DNA of 64,000 nucleotides from Raillietiella orientalis (lineage: Eukaryota), in NCBI GenBank assembly GCA_036172245.1, contig JAYWIR010000013.1:3968001-4032000 (forward strand), read 5' to 3'. Positions 38,100 to 52,600 of this stretch are shown here, in pieces. A program made the translations under genes and the position numbers. Numbering within the stretch: the first letter of the stretch is position 1; each line of letters begins with the position of its first letter. Under the pieces are notes generated by a model. It was given only the letters and a program-made list of their open reading frames with translations, made no database searches and was not told where the DNA came from.

Positions 38100-39300
38100 A
38101 ATACTCGAGCGGGCCGTTTTCGGAAACGCAGATGCGGCCTCTGAAAATCCGGGACCGAGCTCTTCCGAATGAACGCGCTTCCTTCATCAAGAAGAAGAAA
38201 GAAGCATCATCGGCGCGCGCACTTGGATCCCATGGCGAACCAGAAGCATCCAGAAGCAACAGCGTACAGCGGCTCTCGGTGAGCTGTCGCTGCAGTCTCA
38301 ACAAAGTGGTGCGAAGTTGCTTTCGCCGAAGAAGAGAGGCGAACGCCGCTCATGCCGCAAGAGGCGGCCGGCTGCGAGAGGCAGGATTGTTCTTGCAGGG
38401 CGTGCTCGAGAAATTCAAGAACAAGGAACCGTCCCGCACAAAGCACAAAGGAGTGCGTGCCTTTTCACGTGAGATGGGTTCAGGTCACACGGGAGGGAAG
38501 CAAGTTGCGCATGCTGATTGGAATCGCCATGGGACGAGCAGCAGACGCGGGAAAAGCGAACCAGGTCCGCGCTTGGAACTCTGGAAATCGTGCTTTGCAT
38601 TTGGCCCCAAGGCATTTCCAGAGAGAAGAACCATCATCTACAGGGAGCATTTGACGCTCGATTCCCGAAACACCCGCCTCTTAAGTTTCAGCAAAGCTCT
38701 CATCGAAATGCACCGCATCAACGCAGCTGAGCCGACTTGCCGGCCGCCAAGCTGTTCCAAAGTGTTGCGAACTTTGGGCCGCACGGAAGGCCGAATCCCG
38801 GTGGCTACTTTTCGTTGTGTCGGAGCAGCCGGGAGAGAAACTTTGAGGACATGTCGCCTCCTGGTCACAGGATAGAAAGTCAGGAAGGTCAAAAAGAATC
38901 TCGCGGTGGTGTACTTCCCGGGAAACACCTCGGAATTGGCCCGCCGAGGACAAGCACGATGTCATTCTTGCACACCGATTCCTGACGTGCACCAACGTCC
39001 TGCACGGTTTGGGCTTCTGGGATTTTTTGCACGCCGCAATGGCCGCGAAATGGTCTGCCGAGTAGATCGGCGCATGAATGAAAATGCGGGGAAGGGATAC
39101 GAGGCGTAATGTACACTGAACGTGAGCCAGTGGGCCTTCACGGGGAAACGACCGCTGCGCATTGTGGTCAATGGTGTTCCACCTCGGATGATCCCAGTTG
39201 ACCAAAGAATAAATGGAGCACCCGGGAACCGGTTCGAATCACCGGAGTGTCTTGCTGGAGGGGAAAGGTGCAATCCATCGCATCCGAGGAAGATGGACAG
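38100..39300 (+). mobile_element. Tigger/pogo DDE transposase remnant
   Basis: SLNKVVRSCFRRRREAN (CENP-B HTH-like), GVLEKFKNK (cf. GWLEKFKKR), KAFPERRT, VVYFPGNTSELA..GQ (cf. V.F.PPNTTS.LQP.DQ). Confidence 0.6.
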
Positions 39301-39429
39301 TCACTTCTTTGATGGACTGGTGGACACTTTTGCAAGCTGCTTATTCATCCGCTTTCATTTGTGTATGAGGAGGTCGGTCGCAGCTTCCACGGTGACATAA
39401 ATTCTCTGGGGGATTCATCCCATGCTTGC

Positions 39430-41100
39430 TACATTCTGGGGCGTTGCATCCTGTACTCAAAGGGTTTCAAAGTGGTCTCCGACGGCTCCAACCTCGCCAG
39501 TGATGCACTGCTAATCCATCCGTGAAGTGATTGAGACACGAACGAGAATCCTCCAAGGGAGATCTCAGGAATCAGGAATTCTCGACTCAAACACGTAGTC
39601 AAAGAGATCTTAGCTAATCGATCGAAGGAAGAGTAGGAGGCACAATTCATTGACTGATAATGTCGGTATCATCATGGAATCCCGAAAAACACTGACAGCA
39701 ATGCAGATGAATCGCTGGATTGAAAATTGGATGGATTTTCGAAAAATTCAAGGACGATCATTAGAAATTACAGTCATCTGACTGCACTGCTGTACATCAG
39801 GTACCGCTGACCGAAGACCTCTGTACTGCCGGAATTGCGGTTCTCGTGAGAAAGTCAGTGCTGCAGGGTTCCGTCATGAAAGGCCTCATCCTGGCAGGCA
39901 CCCGTAGCAGAGCGGTAGTGCTGCAACCTTCGAGGGAGCCACGAGGGCCCGTGCTGATCTCGGAAAAGGCCAGAATCACCTACTCTAACATCAAAGGAGC
40001 CGAGACGAGCTGAACGCCCTGGGAATTGCATTCGGAGGGGGGGAACCTTTCGAGTCCACAAGGAAACAGAATCCCGCGGGACAAATAGACCCCAAAACAA
40101 GACATCCCGACTCCATCTTGGTCGGTCTTGCGTCTTGGGATCGTGGCATGAACGGGTTCAACACACGGAGGCATTTACGCAACCTGGAATCGCGACACTC
40201 GTTCACGACTGCTTCTGAATGATTTGCTCGTAAGTAGTGAGAACGCCTGTCGGTGAATGAAATGCGGACGCAGCCTCCCAATTCTCGAAAGTTAAATCCA
40301 CCTGGAGGGCTGCAGAGAAGGCACGCCTGACTTGCCGCTTTGCAGGTTTACTCGAGAACAAAAAGCATCCGATCCGAGTGGTAAGTGGCACACATTTCAG
40401 CTTGCTGGTGGGGACCTCCAGAAACGCCAGCTCGTATTCCAAGTTATCCAAAAGCGGCAGCGTGTTGGCATCATTAGTCGACTGTGGCGACGAAATCTTG
40501 GAACTGGAAGAAAGGCTTGCGAGCCCTCAAGGTAATGCGTGGTTCGTTGCGAAAGCGACGAACCACGCATCACCATGCGTGGTTCTCTCCCGGTATTCTT
40601 GGGTGGCAAAAGATCGGAAATTCCGTTGAGAACGCAAGGAGAGCGCGTCTGCTCCGATTTCGTCTGTCCGGGCAAGATAAAGATGGACCACCGAACGCGG
40701 AGATGGATAAGAAGATTCCTGCCAGCGTGCCTGTCGGGACGCATCGCCCCGTCACCAAATTGAACGTGACCCGGATCGCATGCAGCGGTGTTCCATTCCT
40801 TTTGCACTGAAGACTGTGCACACAATAGGCCGGTAGACGTCAGCATCCAAGCGACTGAATAAGGACGCGACGAAGACGGAAGATGCTGCCGCGCTCTTTG
40901 GACAAACAAAACAAAAGAGCCGCGCGAGCCCCTCGAAAATCCAAGAGGGCATCTCAGAAAAATGGATTCGAGGATATGCGCCAATGCCACTCGCTGAATG
41001 TGGAAACAGAAACACGGAAAGCGTGGATAACTTTTCCGTTATCATGCAGCATCGCTCTTCCGCTTCCTGTTAACTGGATTACGAAAAGTAATGGACCGCT
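39430..41100 (-). pseudogene. Extracellular-type leucine-rich-repeat protein pseudogene
   Basis: HFSEMPSWIFEGLARL, DNLEYELAFLEVPTSKLKCVP, LAFSEISTGPRGSLEG and IVPPTLPSID*LRSL*L fit LxxLxLxxNxL..IP..xFxGL repeats in different frames. Confidence 0.55.
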
Positions 41101-42791
41101 GACCGACTGGACAAGAGATGGGCGAATTTGTTGGCGGTTGGATAACCTTGCCGGGCGGAGAGAGGTGCATCTTCTTGTTCGGGTGAAATCAGGAACAATC
41201 GGATCAGCCCTGCTGGGAGGCTGGCTGATCCGATCAGCTTCCGTATTCTGGAAGATGATTTTCGGTGATGCGAACCAGTAGATCCGCCAGCCGAGTTCGC
41301 TTCTGTCTAGCAGACCCGTCGGTCTGCCTCACACAAGCGCCGTAACTGACCATCGGCTCTCGCACGAAGGCATGAAGACCTAAGGAAAAAGGTGCTGTTC
41401 GTCTCCTCGAACACAGATGGATACATTGCACCTGGGAAGTGAATGATTGATGCTCAAAGCATGCGTGATTTGTGTATTACCAGTGCGATCAAAGTATCGT
41501 TGGTTGTCAAGGAAATTTCAGAATAGCATTTTCACTGATTATGCCTCCCATCACGACCACTTTCACAATCAGCCTTCGAAGAAGCGAATTTTCTTACTCA
41601 TCTGTATCCGCTTTGCAATGGGTGCTTTGGGTTTTCGATAGAGACACGAACACTCTCTGCGTGCCTTCTCTTATGATCTTCATTTGCCCAGCTTCCTCCG
41701 CGTGCAGTGTGAATTTCATCTTCTCAAAAACGATTCGTCAGCTTTAAAAAGATTTTCCAGCGGTGCTGCTCACAGAAAACGGAAACACTGATTTGAAACA
41801 GAAGGCTAAGGATTCTAATCGCAGGGGTGAATCCATCTGACCAGACTTCTCACCTCCGCAGGGAACATCCACTCTGTTTGACGCGCCCATGGGGTATCGA
41901 CCCTTCTCCAAACAACCGCGAAGCTGGGCAGGTCGAGGGAATGGCGGAAGCGGAACGGAGGGCCAAAAAAAATCGCCCCATCTGCCTCCCTCCCCCCCCG
42001 CGCGTTCCTCTATGTGGCTGAGAACCTTTCGAATCCAACCCTCAGGAAATGCGATTTCCATGGCAACGCGATCCAGATGGCTCTCTTGCGCCGATTCGCA
42101 GAAGTGCACTTGGGAGTCTGTCTCACCCCAAGCTCCTCCGTACGTGGCGAGCCGCGCCCCATGGCGGGTAAATCAGAGCATCCCACCGAAATCGAGGGAT
42201 GTACAGATTCTCCCAAACTTGCAGCATGCATCTCCTCTTTGTGTTGGACGTCCCGAGCCAATCTGCTTTGGCTCGGCTTCATGCCTTCTATTCTTCTACG
42301 AATGGGGGGGTAGATAGAAATCATAGGGACTCCACGGGCGCAAATCAGCAAGGCGCATGAGACGAAAGGACCTGAAAATCCAATGCAACTTTCACAGCAT
42401 CACACTGCTGACAGCGCGGGACACGCACGCGACGCCGACAGGAGATGCAGCGATGAGGGAGGCTGCTCCACGCTCCACCGCAGCACCAGAACTCCGGGCT
42501 GGCTGTGGATGCCAACATCGAATTCAATTCGAAAGCTCCGTGTCATTGGTTTTTTCCGTTTTGTTTTTTTTTCCTTAGCTTGAAACTACTTGGAAAAGAA
42601 CTTTCGCAAACTGAACGTTAAGAGGGACTGTTCCTTTCCAATTGAGGATTTCGGATCCAGAAGGAGTCTGAGCACATCCACGACCCTTGGGTTTTGCTCC
42701 CGATGAAGATGCTTGGTCCTGAAGAGTCGAACTTGAGTGTTGCTTCCCAGGAAACAAAGGAAAGCACGGCTTCTTCAACTCTCAGCTGGAG

Positions 42792-44890
42792 ATGGAGACG
42801 CGAACTGTGAGGACTAGAAGATTAGGAAAAGCTCTGACGTTTACAAATGGCGATGTGGTAAAAGAGGATACTCGCTATAGGGTGTCTGCTTGGGAATATG
42901 CAAGTGGATACGGTGAGTTGGTTGATGAGTTTTGCTTCGACTCCGTTTCCATGGGCAACGAGGCAATGTTCTCTGTGAAGAATAAAGAAAGCAACGCTTC
43001 CCACTTGCTTGCCGAAAATGGTAGTTGGACCCCCATATCAACACATGCAGAAAAACATCACTCGGATAAGTTGAGCGAAATTGCTCACGTTGGGAACGAT
43101 TTTGAAGCAACTCCGCCTCGTGCTGCTGCTGCGAGAGGAAGATGGAACGCGGTAAGGCGTTTAGCGAACAGGGGTGCCAATGTCCATGCTGAAATGTGTG
43201 GATACGCTCTCCTTTACATTTTGCTGCCTTACAGATTATCCTGCAGCCACCATCCAGGAAAATGGAGCTTTGTCCCCCTATTTGCTTCACCCACTTGGCT
43301 TGCGCTGAGGTGTGTGTTCAGTTTCGTCTTCCAATCCGTCTCAGCTCTTTGGTCATTTCTTTGCCGACTACCACATTGAGTTTTGGAATTCCCAGCAGAT
43401 GCCAAGAAAGCGAGTCAAGATGCCCCCTGCGATGCGATTTCCCCACGTACCTTTTTTCAAGGTGTTCTTCGAAAACACATGTTTGTCGCTACACGATGAA
43501 TGCGTGTCCTCGTTATCGTTCTCACAACCGTACAGGTGTGCCATTTAGTCGCACTCTACTTTCCCTTACGATCTCTGCGTTCACAAAAAAATCCCTTCGG
43601 TCCGAACTCCACCGCACAGCTCCTGATCTGAGGCGGATGAAACCCGGGCAGGGGCGACGGAGCGTTCCGAAGTCATCTCGGACTGATGATGCTTGTTTTC
43701 GAGAAGCTGCTTCCAGCTTCTTCCAGCTGCTGGAGCTGATACGGCGTTCGGCTGGAGAACACCTCCGAGAATCGCGCATTCCTCTCGACGCGCGAACCGC
43801 ATGAATGTTTGCCGATCGGGGCCCATGCGGTTTTCCCCATCTAAGGTCCAAACGGCCCTCGAAGCCCTTCTGTCGAGGCCCTTCAGAAGGCCCTTCTGTT
43901 TGACGGAATTCGAGTTCGACGCGGACGGCGGGTGCTCGCGAGAAGCCGCCCGATCGCTGCAAGGATCAGTGAGGGTGAGCTCTCGCCATGGAACTTCGAA
44001 GTGTCTTCCGGCTCGCCCGGGTGGAGGGATTCCCCTCTGAAAGGAGGCTGGGCCGGTGATTTGACTCATCGCTCGGCTTCCGCTCCAAAATGAGACTCGA
44101 ATCGTAAGCGAAAGCTGTCCGCTGCGAGATCCCTGCGAAACCTTCCCTTTCTCATCAGCGTGATCATTCCTCCAGCAGCTGGGATCAGAACGAGAGATTC
44201 CTGGAGCCAACCGGACCACGGAGCAGAGCGGCAGCCAGTCGGCCACGTGGGACTCGCAGATGCAAACTGCCTCTGGAGCCACACTGATGGTCAGCATGCA
44301 GGACGAACGACTGACCTGGCGAAGCAACAGCTTGCATCGGATTTTCGAAAGAAGCACCTCGGAAGATTTCAAAGAAGAGTTTACGGTGAATGCACTTTCC
44401 GCACCGAAGTGTGACTTTCTGGAGGACGCAGGTCATCGTTCACAACTCTTTGATATTTCCTTTGTGCTTTCTAATTGCTCTCTACTGTTTCCTATGCTTT
44501 TGCTTGCAGCAAAATTTGCTTCTTTGGCTGACGTCTTTCAGATGTGAGAACGACTTCCAAGAAAAAGGAAAGAAAAAAGTCCGATCGTGGTACTCCCAGG
44601 CTGCATCTTCTGACAAAGCCAAATACGCTGCTTTTGGGCCGAGTGGCCTCGAGGTGTTCCCGGGACGAAAACGAAAGGACGTTCCCTACCTATCTTTCAA
44701 TGCCAAAGGAAACAAGAAACTGCTTTCTCATCTCGTTTGCAGATGGCAGAACCGTTCGGCGACGGACGCTGATCTCCGGGAAATGTTTCCATGCTTCGAA
44801 AGTTTGCAGGGACGTTGGACTGAAGCACTTCATCGCTCGAATCTCAATTTCATGGATGTGATCAACTTTTCATCCCATGGCTGGAATTGA
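42792..44890 (+). pseudogene. Ankyrin-repeat gene relic (downstream segments unidentified)
   Basis: NKESNASHLLAENG and NDFEATPPRAAAARGRWNAVRRLANRGANVHA (43095-43190; cf. TPLH.AA..G...VV..L...GANV.A). Extent beyond ~43200 is a guess. Confidence 0.55.
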
Positions 44891-45099
44891 ATTTCGATCA
44901 CATGGAGATGGTGAGGATAGGGAATCGGAGGTCAGGGAAACATGCAAGTGCCGATCTGCACCGATGGAAGCGTGCAGATTAAAAGATCAAACGCGTAAAT
45001 GTCGAGGGAGCCCACAAATGGGGGGGAAGGGGGGGGGGATGAGAAAAATCAAAAAAAAAAAAAAAAAAAGAAAAAATCCTGAATTTCGAGTTTCTCTTA

Positions 45100-46340
45100 C
45101 TGCATCCTCTTTTTCAAACGCACCAACTACCCGATTCTTGATTTACTAACGCTCTCTTCGGGTGCTGCGTTTCCACCACATAAACCAAAAAAGGATTTCC
45201 TTTGGGTCGAAAACTCTTATTTATGCTTTGCAAAAGATTTGCGAAGCTGGAGGAACCGATGGAGTGTGCTGCCATCAGTAGGGTCCAACGCCATGAGAGG
45301 ACTCGCGCGAAGACTTGGCTGTTGGTAGGGAAAGCGAGTGGCGGTGGCACGAATCCACGTTCAATGTGTGGCAGAAACTGCACGACGCATCGCAGTTTCG
45401 CTCTCTCATTTGAGCTCTTCGGGCTTTCTTTCCGATCCCGGAACGAGCCGCAGTTCCTTCGTTCATTTCAACCAACCGTTCTTCGAAGTCCAGGTCTTCT
45501 CAAATCTTCAGGATCTTTCATTCCGGCGTCTGCCTAGCACTGCTCTCTGTCCTTTGAAGTTTCCTCTTTCACGACTCGATGTCGTTTCCATCAGAATCAA
45601 TCTTCTGCTTCAGCTTGCTCCTTGGATACCTTGAGAGAGGGGGCCTTCCTGAAGCCCAGCCCGGGACTTTCGGGCATCGCAGAGAGCAGCATTTTCGCGC
45701 ATGCTTGAACGTCCCTCTATTTAGCGCCGAAGACTCGCACGAGGCACGGAGCACGAGGTGCCGATGCAACATGGGGCACCCTCGTGATGGATTCCTCCGT
45801 CGCCTAGTAACGGTTGTTTCAGAGCTCTGCCTTGAGAGCGAGATGCTCAGTTCCCTGCTGCCGCGGCCAAGCAGGTCCGGTCCAGGGCTTCCCGTCAGTG
45901 ACTCTTTTGGGTCCACACTCGTCGTCGGCAGGGCGAATCTTGCCATCTGATACCGCCTTCCCCTCACTTAGCGACCGGGAAGAGAAGGGTTACAAGTTCT
46001 ATCTTCTTTTGGCGCCACTTTTCGGGAATCTCTCCCCTTCGCCGCTTGGCGCTCAATGCCGCGGCCAGCTTTCTCCGAAAATCCCTTTGTCCGGTGCACG
46101 CAGGTCAACTTCCGGAGGGGGGCCACGATCTCTCCCTGCCCTCAAGAAACCGTTGGAAGTTGAAGCCTCTGCGGAAACTCAGTACTCCCTCAGGGAAGCG
46201 GCCATCCTGCTTTGCATCTCGAGCGTGGTTAGCCAATCAGAAGCAGTCGGATAAAAGGGTGTCAAGTGGTCTTTCTGGATGCCTACCGTCAAAGGTTCCA
46301 TTCGGGGCCGCAGGTCACTTGATGAGGCATCGTAAATAAA
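45100..46340 (-). mobile_element. Penelope-like retroelement remnant (RT + GIY-YIG)
   Basis: KQDGRFPEG (cf. Q.DGLPMG), LSRYPRSKLKQKI (cf. NGYP..FI), FLPHIERG (cf. LPYI.G), VYVVETQ (cf. YIGET), in order. Confidence 0.5.
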
Positions 46341-46405
46341 ACGCGTTAATTATTTAGCATTGGAGATAAATCGCGGGAATTTGGAACTTTTTGCCTCGAA
46401 AAAAA

Positions 46406-46436
<31 letters not shown>

Positions 46437-46659
46437 GTCTTTGATTTTCCTTCCGTAAAATTGCTGCGTGAATCTAATTCTAGGACCCCAGCCGCCGAAC
46501 CGTCAAAGGAAACGCTCTTTTCCTTTCTTTTTTTTTTTTTTTTCGAAAAAGAAGAAAAATCGAAAAATGATACAAATTGAGACGGAGTAAGATTTGTGGT
46601 TTCTTCAGGCTACGGTGCTGGCTGCGAAATCCTGCCTGTGACAGTTAATAACTCTCTCT

Positions 46660-49110
46660 GAACCACAGACCGCTTCTCTGGATTAGACGCTGAGGCCCGA
46701 GGCTTTTTTTTGTAGCCCCACAAAAAATTTCGCTGTGATGAGAAGCACCACGTTCAGGAAGGGCAAAAAATCGCGCTGGGCCGGTAAATATTTTCGGAAA
46801 CTTATCAGCTGGAAGAAAGGAAAGGAGGAAAGAGGCATTTTCATCTTCCAATGATGAAGCGGCGAGCTTTCACGATAAATACCGGGAACCGCCACGTGAT
46901 TTATGCGATCCATCTTCTATTCAATTAGGAGCAGGCAAAAAGTTGCAGGCATCGGAAATGGCTTTCTTCGAAAGACTCCGAAGTGAAAAGTAGATGGACA
47001 GTTCTTAAGAAAGTCCTCGGAGGACCCTGGACCACGTTCCGCCGCTTTGCTCCGTGCGCTCCACGCTACAGATGCTGGAACTGCAGCCGGTCGAAGGCAC
47101 TCTTCGTGCGGTCATAAATCCTGCTCCCATCTCCGGAAAGACCATCGCGCATCAGCGCGTTCCTTCTCATTTCCTCGCAGTGATAGCTCATTCTGTCTCA
47201 TCTTCTGCTCGTCAGGTTCTGCGCATCCGTCAGAACATCAACGCTTTGCGGCCTTCTGCGGCTGCCAAGTTCGCCCAAAAAAAAAAAAAAAAAAAAAGGC
47301 AGTCCGAGGAGGAATTTCTGGCACTCCAGTGCAATTTCCGGTCCTGGAGTTTCTTTCATCCCTTTTTTGGTTCCGAAGCGCCAGGCGACGGACAGTTCCG
47401 ATTCATTTCGGCTCATTCGTTTCTGAGCAAACTGCGGCGTTTCTCATCTTCGCGAAGAGGCGCTGCTGCGGCGGCGTAATTTACGGCGTAGGGGGAATCG
47501 AATGGGGAGCCATTTTGTCTCATTGAGAGATAGGGAAAATATTTAGACAGGGCTCCGCGCCCCGTGATTTGTGATTTCCCGAAAATCGAGCAAGTATCGC
47601 GTTGCTCCAGAATCCTCTCGGTGAGAACGTCCCTTGAGAGTGGGGCCGTGCTGCGCTCGATCTCCTCCTTGCTCAGAGGATGCACTTTCGATATTCTTGA
47701 GAAGGGATTGGTATGCAGGACGTCTCTGACCTTCCCGGTCAGTTTCACGCAAACGTCCTTAAACACTGACCATTCTAGCTCTTCTGTCCTTCTGTGAAGT
47801 TTCTCCAAGAGCCCTTCCAAGAATTTTCCGGAGCGATCCACGCCTCGCCCCATCCCACGGCGTTTCCGCATCCTCACTTTCAGCTGGGCATCTTCATCTG
47901 TTTGGGCTTTCCTTTCGCCGCTCGCCGCCAATCCGGGCACGTTGTCTGTGGGCTCCTCCTCCTCGCAAAATCCTCAATGATAGACTTTGGAAGCTGCTCA
48001 GTATCCAGGGAGTCTCCTAAAGGAGGAAAAGCTTCTGCGTCGAAGAGTGACATCGAGGGGGAAGTGTTCCAGATGCATCTCCTCTACTGTGCCGCCCTCG
48101 ATATCTTGCAGGTCGTCCAAAAGAAAGCCCTCCTCCATGATGGAAGAATTCCCCTCTGGCATTCTTGGAAGCGCAAACGGAGGCTGCCAAAATTCGTGTT
48201 CTTTTGGAGTGGATGCAGCTACCGAAGGCGATCGCGGCATCGACGCGAGTCCTCGTCTAAGGAGAATGGCAGCAATTTGACTTGACTACAAATTGACGGC
48301 TTTGTGAGGGCACACCCACACACACCAAAACATAATTCTGATATTGATTTTGGCACATTTGTAATCTCTGCCGCGTCCATTGAAAATGACGATTCCTTCG
48401 GCATTCAGGGTACGCCGTCGTCTTCCTGCTTGTTGCCGGCCCTCGTCATATCAAACTTTCAGATCTGACGACGACACTGAGCAAAACGCCAGGAGCAGCC
48501 GTTGTGACTTCAGAATCATCGGGAACCATCAAGCGATTTCATCAGTGACCGGCAGAGTTGGATGCTGGAAGAGTACATTTCCCTGGAGAAAGAAGGGGCA
48601 GTGTTGACCTGAGCTGTTGGACAGTTCCGGACAAGCAAGCAGGAATGAGAAGATGAGCATCTTACGTTTGCAATGAGGGGCAAGGGCAAGATCAGAGTAT
48701 TCGGGCACTTCGGTGGTCTCGAAAGTCACATTTCGGACATTCAGTTCACGATATGAAGCGCCCATTCCTTAGGTAGCAGAAACCTGGCCAAGGTCGTTTC
48801 TTTCATCTTGCAAGAGCATGCTCTCCATTCTTTTGCTTCTATCTACAGAGCAACGGGCCCTTTACGCGCAGACCGCAACTGGGATGTGGAAAACCCCACC
48901 CACAAGGTGGTACAGAAATTCGTGCTGGAGAAAGTCATGTAAGGTGAACGAGAACTGACGTCCGCTGACTTTGCTGCTTTTGGATTCGGACTCATTGGGC
49001 TCAGATGATGCTCGAAACGAACTTTTGATAAATTTGCCATTCCAGGATAGTGAAAAAGGCCATGAGATGCATGATACACTGTACCAACGTTGAGCTCAAA
49101 GTGTTCCATG
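46660..49110 (-). mobile_element. hAT transposase remnant
   Basis: MEHFE (BED-like), GVCGCALT (cf. GCxAHxLNL), AETPWDG (cf. V.TRWNS), LEWSVFKDVCVKL..ISKVHP, and dimerisation-domain-like PLHHWK / KFPKI...ARFFALP....EIF. Confidence 0.6.
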
Positions 49111-49663
49111 CAACCTCAGAACGGGAACCCCCAAGCAGGCGGAGATGAGGCTCACGAAACCAAGACCGGCATCAAAGACTCCAATCTGTTTGAATGCAGG
49201 CCAAGAGCCACCGGCAGCCCTGAAGTGCTGCTCATGTGGCTCATTGCCAGTCTGTGCACAAACTAACATAACTTCAGAGGATGAAATTCGGGAATTCGGG
49301 GCTCACTTGTGCGCATTCGGGAAATTCTTTCACGAGTTTTAGTGCTATGAGGGAATGAGTATGTTTCTCCCTGCGGAGTCGGAAGTCACCAAGCTCGGTG
49401 CGAAGATCAAATTTCCCAGAGCAGCCAGTAGCCCGCAGCGCCCACGGCCGCCCTACAAATTGCTCCTATAACAGCAGTGCACCCAGTTTTCTTAATTTAT
49501 ACTATGGGAAGATGCTCCGTACTTCAAGTTATGCAGAGTCCCACGGGCTGGGCGAAGGCGATCTTCAGCACCACTTTCGTGACAACGCGCCGCCGCCATG
49601 GAGCTCACAAATGCAAACGCAACATCCAGCTCCAGGATTTTCTCCAAAACACCTCGCGGAGGA

Positions 49664-52600
49664 GGGTGTTCCTGCTCGCTCACGACCCCGGGAGCCTTCC
49701 ACCTTTCCGACTGTCTCTTGGCGGCCACCGAAGGAGGATGAAGGCCTCTCTAAACGGACGGAAGTCGGTCCTCTCTGAGCCTGGAGCTCGCTTTAATTAG
49801 TTGAGGTTCTTTCGGAATGGCCGGCCTTGGCGCGAATCAACGAAAGAACAAGAGAATCGGACCGGGTGCCTCGGGGAAATTCGATTCAAGCACGCCAGAT
49901 CGCGAAAGCGGACTGCAGAATCTTTCAGATGAAGCACTCAAAGGGAACGTCTCTCGACCGCTGATTCGTTTCTTCCCAGGAAGAAAATCACAGCATGGCT
50001 TTGGTCTCCAATTGAAAGACAAAGGGCAGCACCTATCCCGAACAACCTTCAAAATGCAGCACCCTTCAAGGAATAGAGAGGGGGCGGACGGTTGCCCGTA
50101 ACTACCAGGGAACATGCCAAATCTGTTGGGATTTTGGAAACCTTGGAGCTTGGTGGCAGAAACCTTTCCTGGAACTCCAGATCAAAGACTGCTCGAGACT
50201 GAAGTTCCTCAACTGAGCACCTTTTTTGGAAATTACGGACATGTCCTGAAATGGAAAGCATTCAGCGGCGCGAATGTGGTCGATTTCAGGCGCTTAGTCA
50301 TCAATACAAAAATCGTGCTGCTGTCATATGCCTTGATAAGTGGCTCATTTTCTAGGCATCTTATAGAGCTCGGTGGAGCTCCTTGAGGAACGTTTCCGCT
50401 GGCGAGATGTTTTCGAAGGATTCTGCAGAATTTCGTCAAGCCAGAAGGCTTGCCTCTCCTATGAAATAACATGAGATGCGATGGAATCTCAGTTCGCTGC
50501 CATTTGCTGTTCCTGAAAGGGTCGAATCTCCGAAACAAAGCTTGCGCTCCTGAGAAAGGCTGCAGAGTCTGCATCTTTGCGAGTCGGAGCGCAAGCTGAG
50601 TTTGGGGTTTCAGCGCAGAGGGACCTGGACAAAGCCCCTCATGTATTTTCGGACCTCAGTCATTTACTGCCATTGCTCAGCGCACTGTCCCGTCGTCCGA
50701 TCGTTCCGGAAGGCTTGCAGACTCAAGGATCAGTGCATCTCCCTTTATGATTGGCGTTGAGGAAGATGGCTCATTCTTTCCACGCTCATCGACAGCAAGG
50801 GAGCTGATCATCCAGAATCTCCACACGTCCTCAGACAAGACTTGGGCAAGAGCATCTTTGAGGATTCATTTTCGCGACCAGTTCCCAGATCTCAAAGATG
50901 AGTTCCAAGAACTAAAATTTCGTGGATCGAAACATGGCATCGTCGTCAGTTGGAAATGAAATCACGTGTATGGAAGATGAATTTTTGAGAGCTGTTTCTT
51001 CGGGAAACTCAGCATCTGTAGTTTTCTTAGGGATCATGGATTTCACGTCGCTGCTTGGAGCGCTGCAAGAAAAGCAATCATTTCTTCCATTACCATTGAA
51101 AACTTTGAAAAGGAGATGTAGTAGTATCCACGAGCACACGGTCGTTTATCTCAAAGTTCCTTTACCCTGAGTCTGGTACAGCGTTCGCTTTGCTACTCTT
51201 CTCCTCGAACGGCCTTCCGATCATGGTATAATCTCTGCCGCTTTCCTTTTTCGACCTTGCTGACACGGTCGCATACATCCGGTCATCTTAATGCGAACAG
51301 AAAAATGCCAACAAATGCGCTGTGAAACCGACTCTGTTGAGCAGACTTGGAAGACACTCGACTCATGGTGAAGCTGTTGGTTGCTATGTAGTGGTACGGG
51401 CTGCAGTTGTCCGAAGAGGACTCCAGCAACGGCCTAGGAGACTGCTGATACTCAGTGGGGGTTGTGTTGGAGCTGTTCTGGTTGGAATAAGCATACGGCT
51501 TGCTATCCGAAGGAGCGTGGTCCCTGAACAGCAGATCTGCGGACAGTTCTGAGAATAGGAGAGCAAGGGCGCGCCCCCTTATGGAGCGGTTCCCGGCCAA
51601 CGCTACCTCTAAGCTCACAGGTGGCGAAGCTGCTCCTCTTCTTCAGCAGCGAGCGGTAGCGGCGCGTGCAAGAGACCGTCAGTATGCACAGTGCTACGAC
51701 GGCCACGGAGATGAGGATCACGGACCAGAAGGTAAAGTCGGTCCTGGAACGCATCTCACGATGCTTCCCTGCAAACCCAGGAGCAAACGAACGAGCTTAC
51801 ACGGACAGCTCGGAGAGGAAGATGTCCCTTTCGGAGCAGCAGAATTTATGGGAATTTCTTTCGCAGCAGAGGAATTCTAAAGGGCAGTGGAACGAGTGGA
51901 TCCATCTCCCATTCCGGTCGTAGTAGCTGGTGCAGTGGTTGATGAGCGAAACTGAAATTCGAGAAGGGTTTCCCTGAAGAGAGGCGCCGGAGGCAAGTCC
52001 GCAGCCGTGAAGCGCCACGGTTCGCACTTTCGCGCGTGCGCGCGGCGTCGAAAGGATACCTCCTAGGCTCTTCTTCGTAAGCAGTGAATAATATTGCATC
52101 ACAGACACCAGCAGGGGGAAGCTGCGAACAGAAAAGGAAAGTCACGGGCAGCACACGAGAGGAAAAGAGGCAGTGCTTACAGATGTGAGCTCTGACACGC
52201 CTCTTACGAAGGGAATGCTTCCGGCAGAACCACCGTCCCAGGAAGAGGCATCGCTTGCGTCCTTCTTTAAAGTTCCGAGCGCCTCGGTGGCAACCCGGGG
52301 AACACGGTGGCTGCTATTCTGAAAGGGAAGCCGCACGATTACTTCCTTGGCTACTGCGCCATTACGCGGAGAAAGTGGTCGCCACGTGCTTGCGCCCACT
52401 CACTCCCTGCAATCCATTTTCAAAGAAGCCAAAGTCCCTTTTGCGTTGCGTTAGGCCACGAGCACGCAGGAGTGGCTGGCAGGCAAATTGCAGGTGTCGA
52501 AAGTCTGCATCTAGTAGGGGAGGGGGGAGGAGGAGGAAAAGGCTTCCTGATTAGACAGAGCGCCACGGTAATTTCGGGAAAATCACGAGGCGGCCGCCCG

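Noticed and set aside
37685..38875. 396 aa ORF as an intact gene
   Set aside because: Only patches resemble Tigger transposase, key residues are lost, and the homology continues past a stop.
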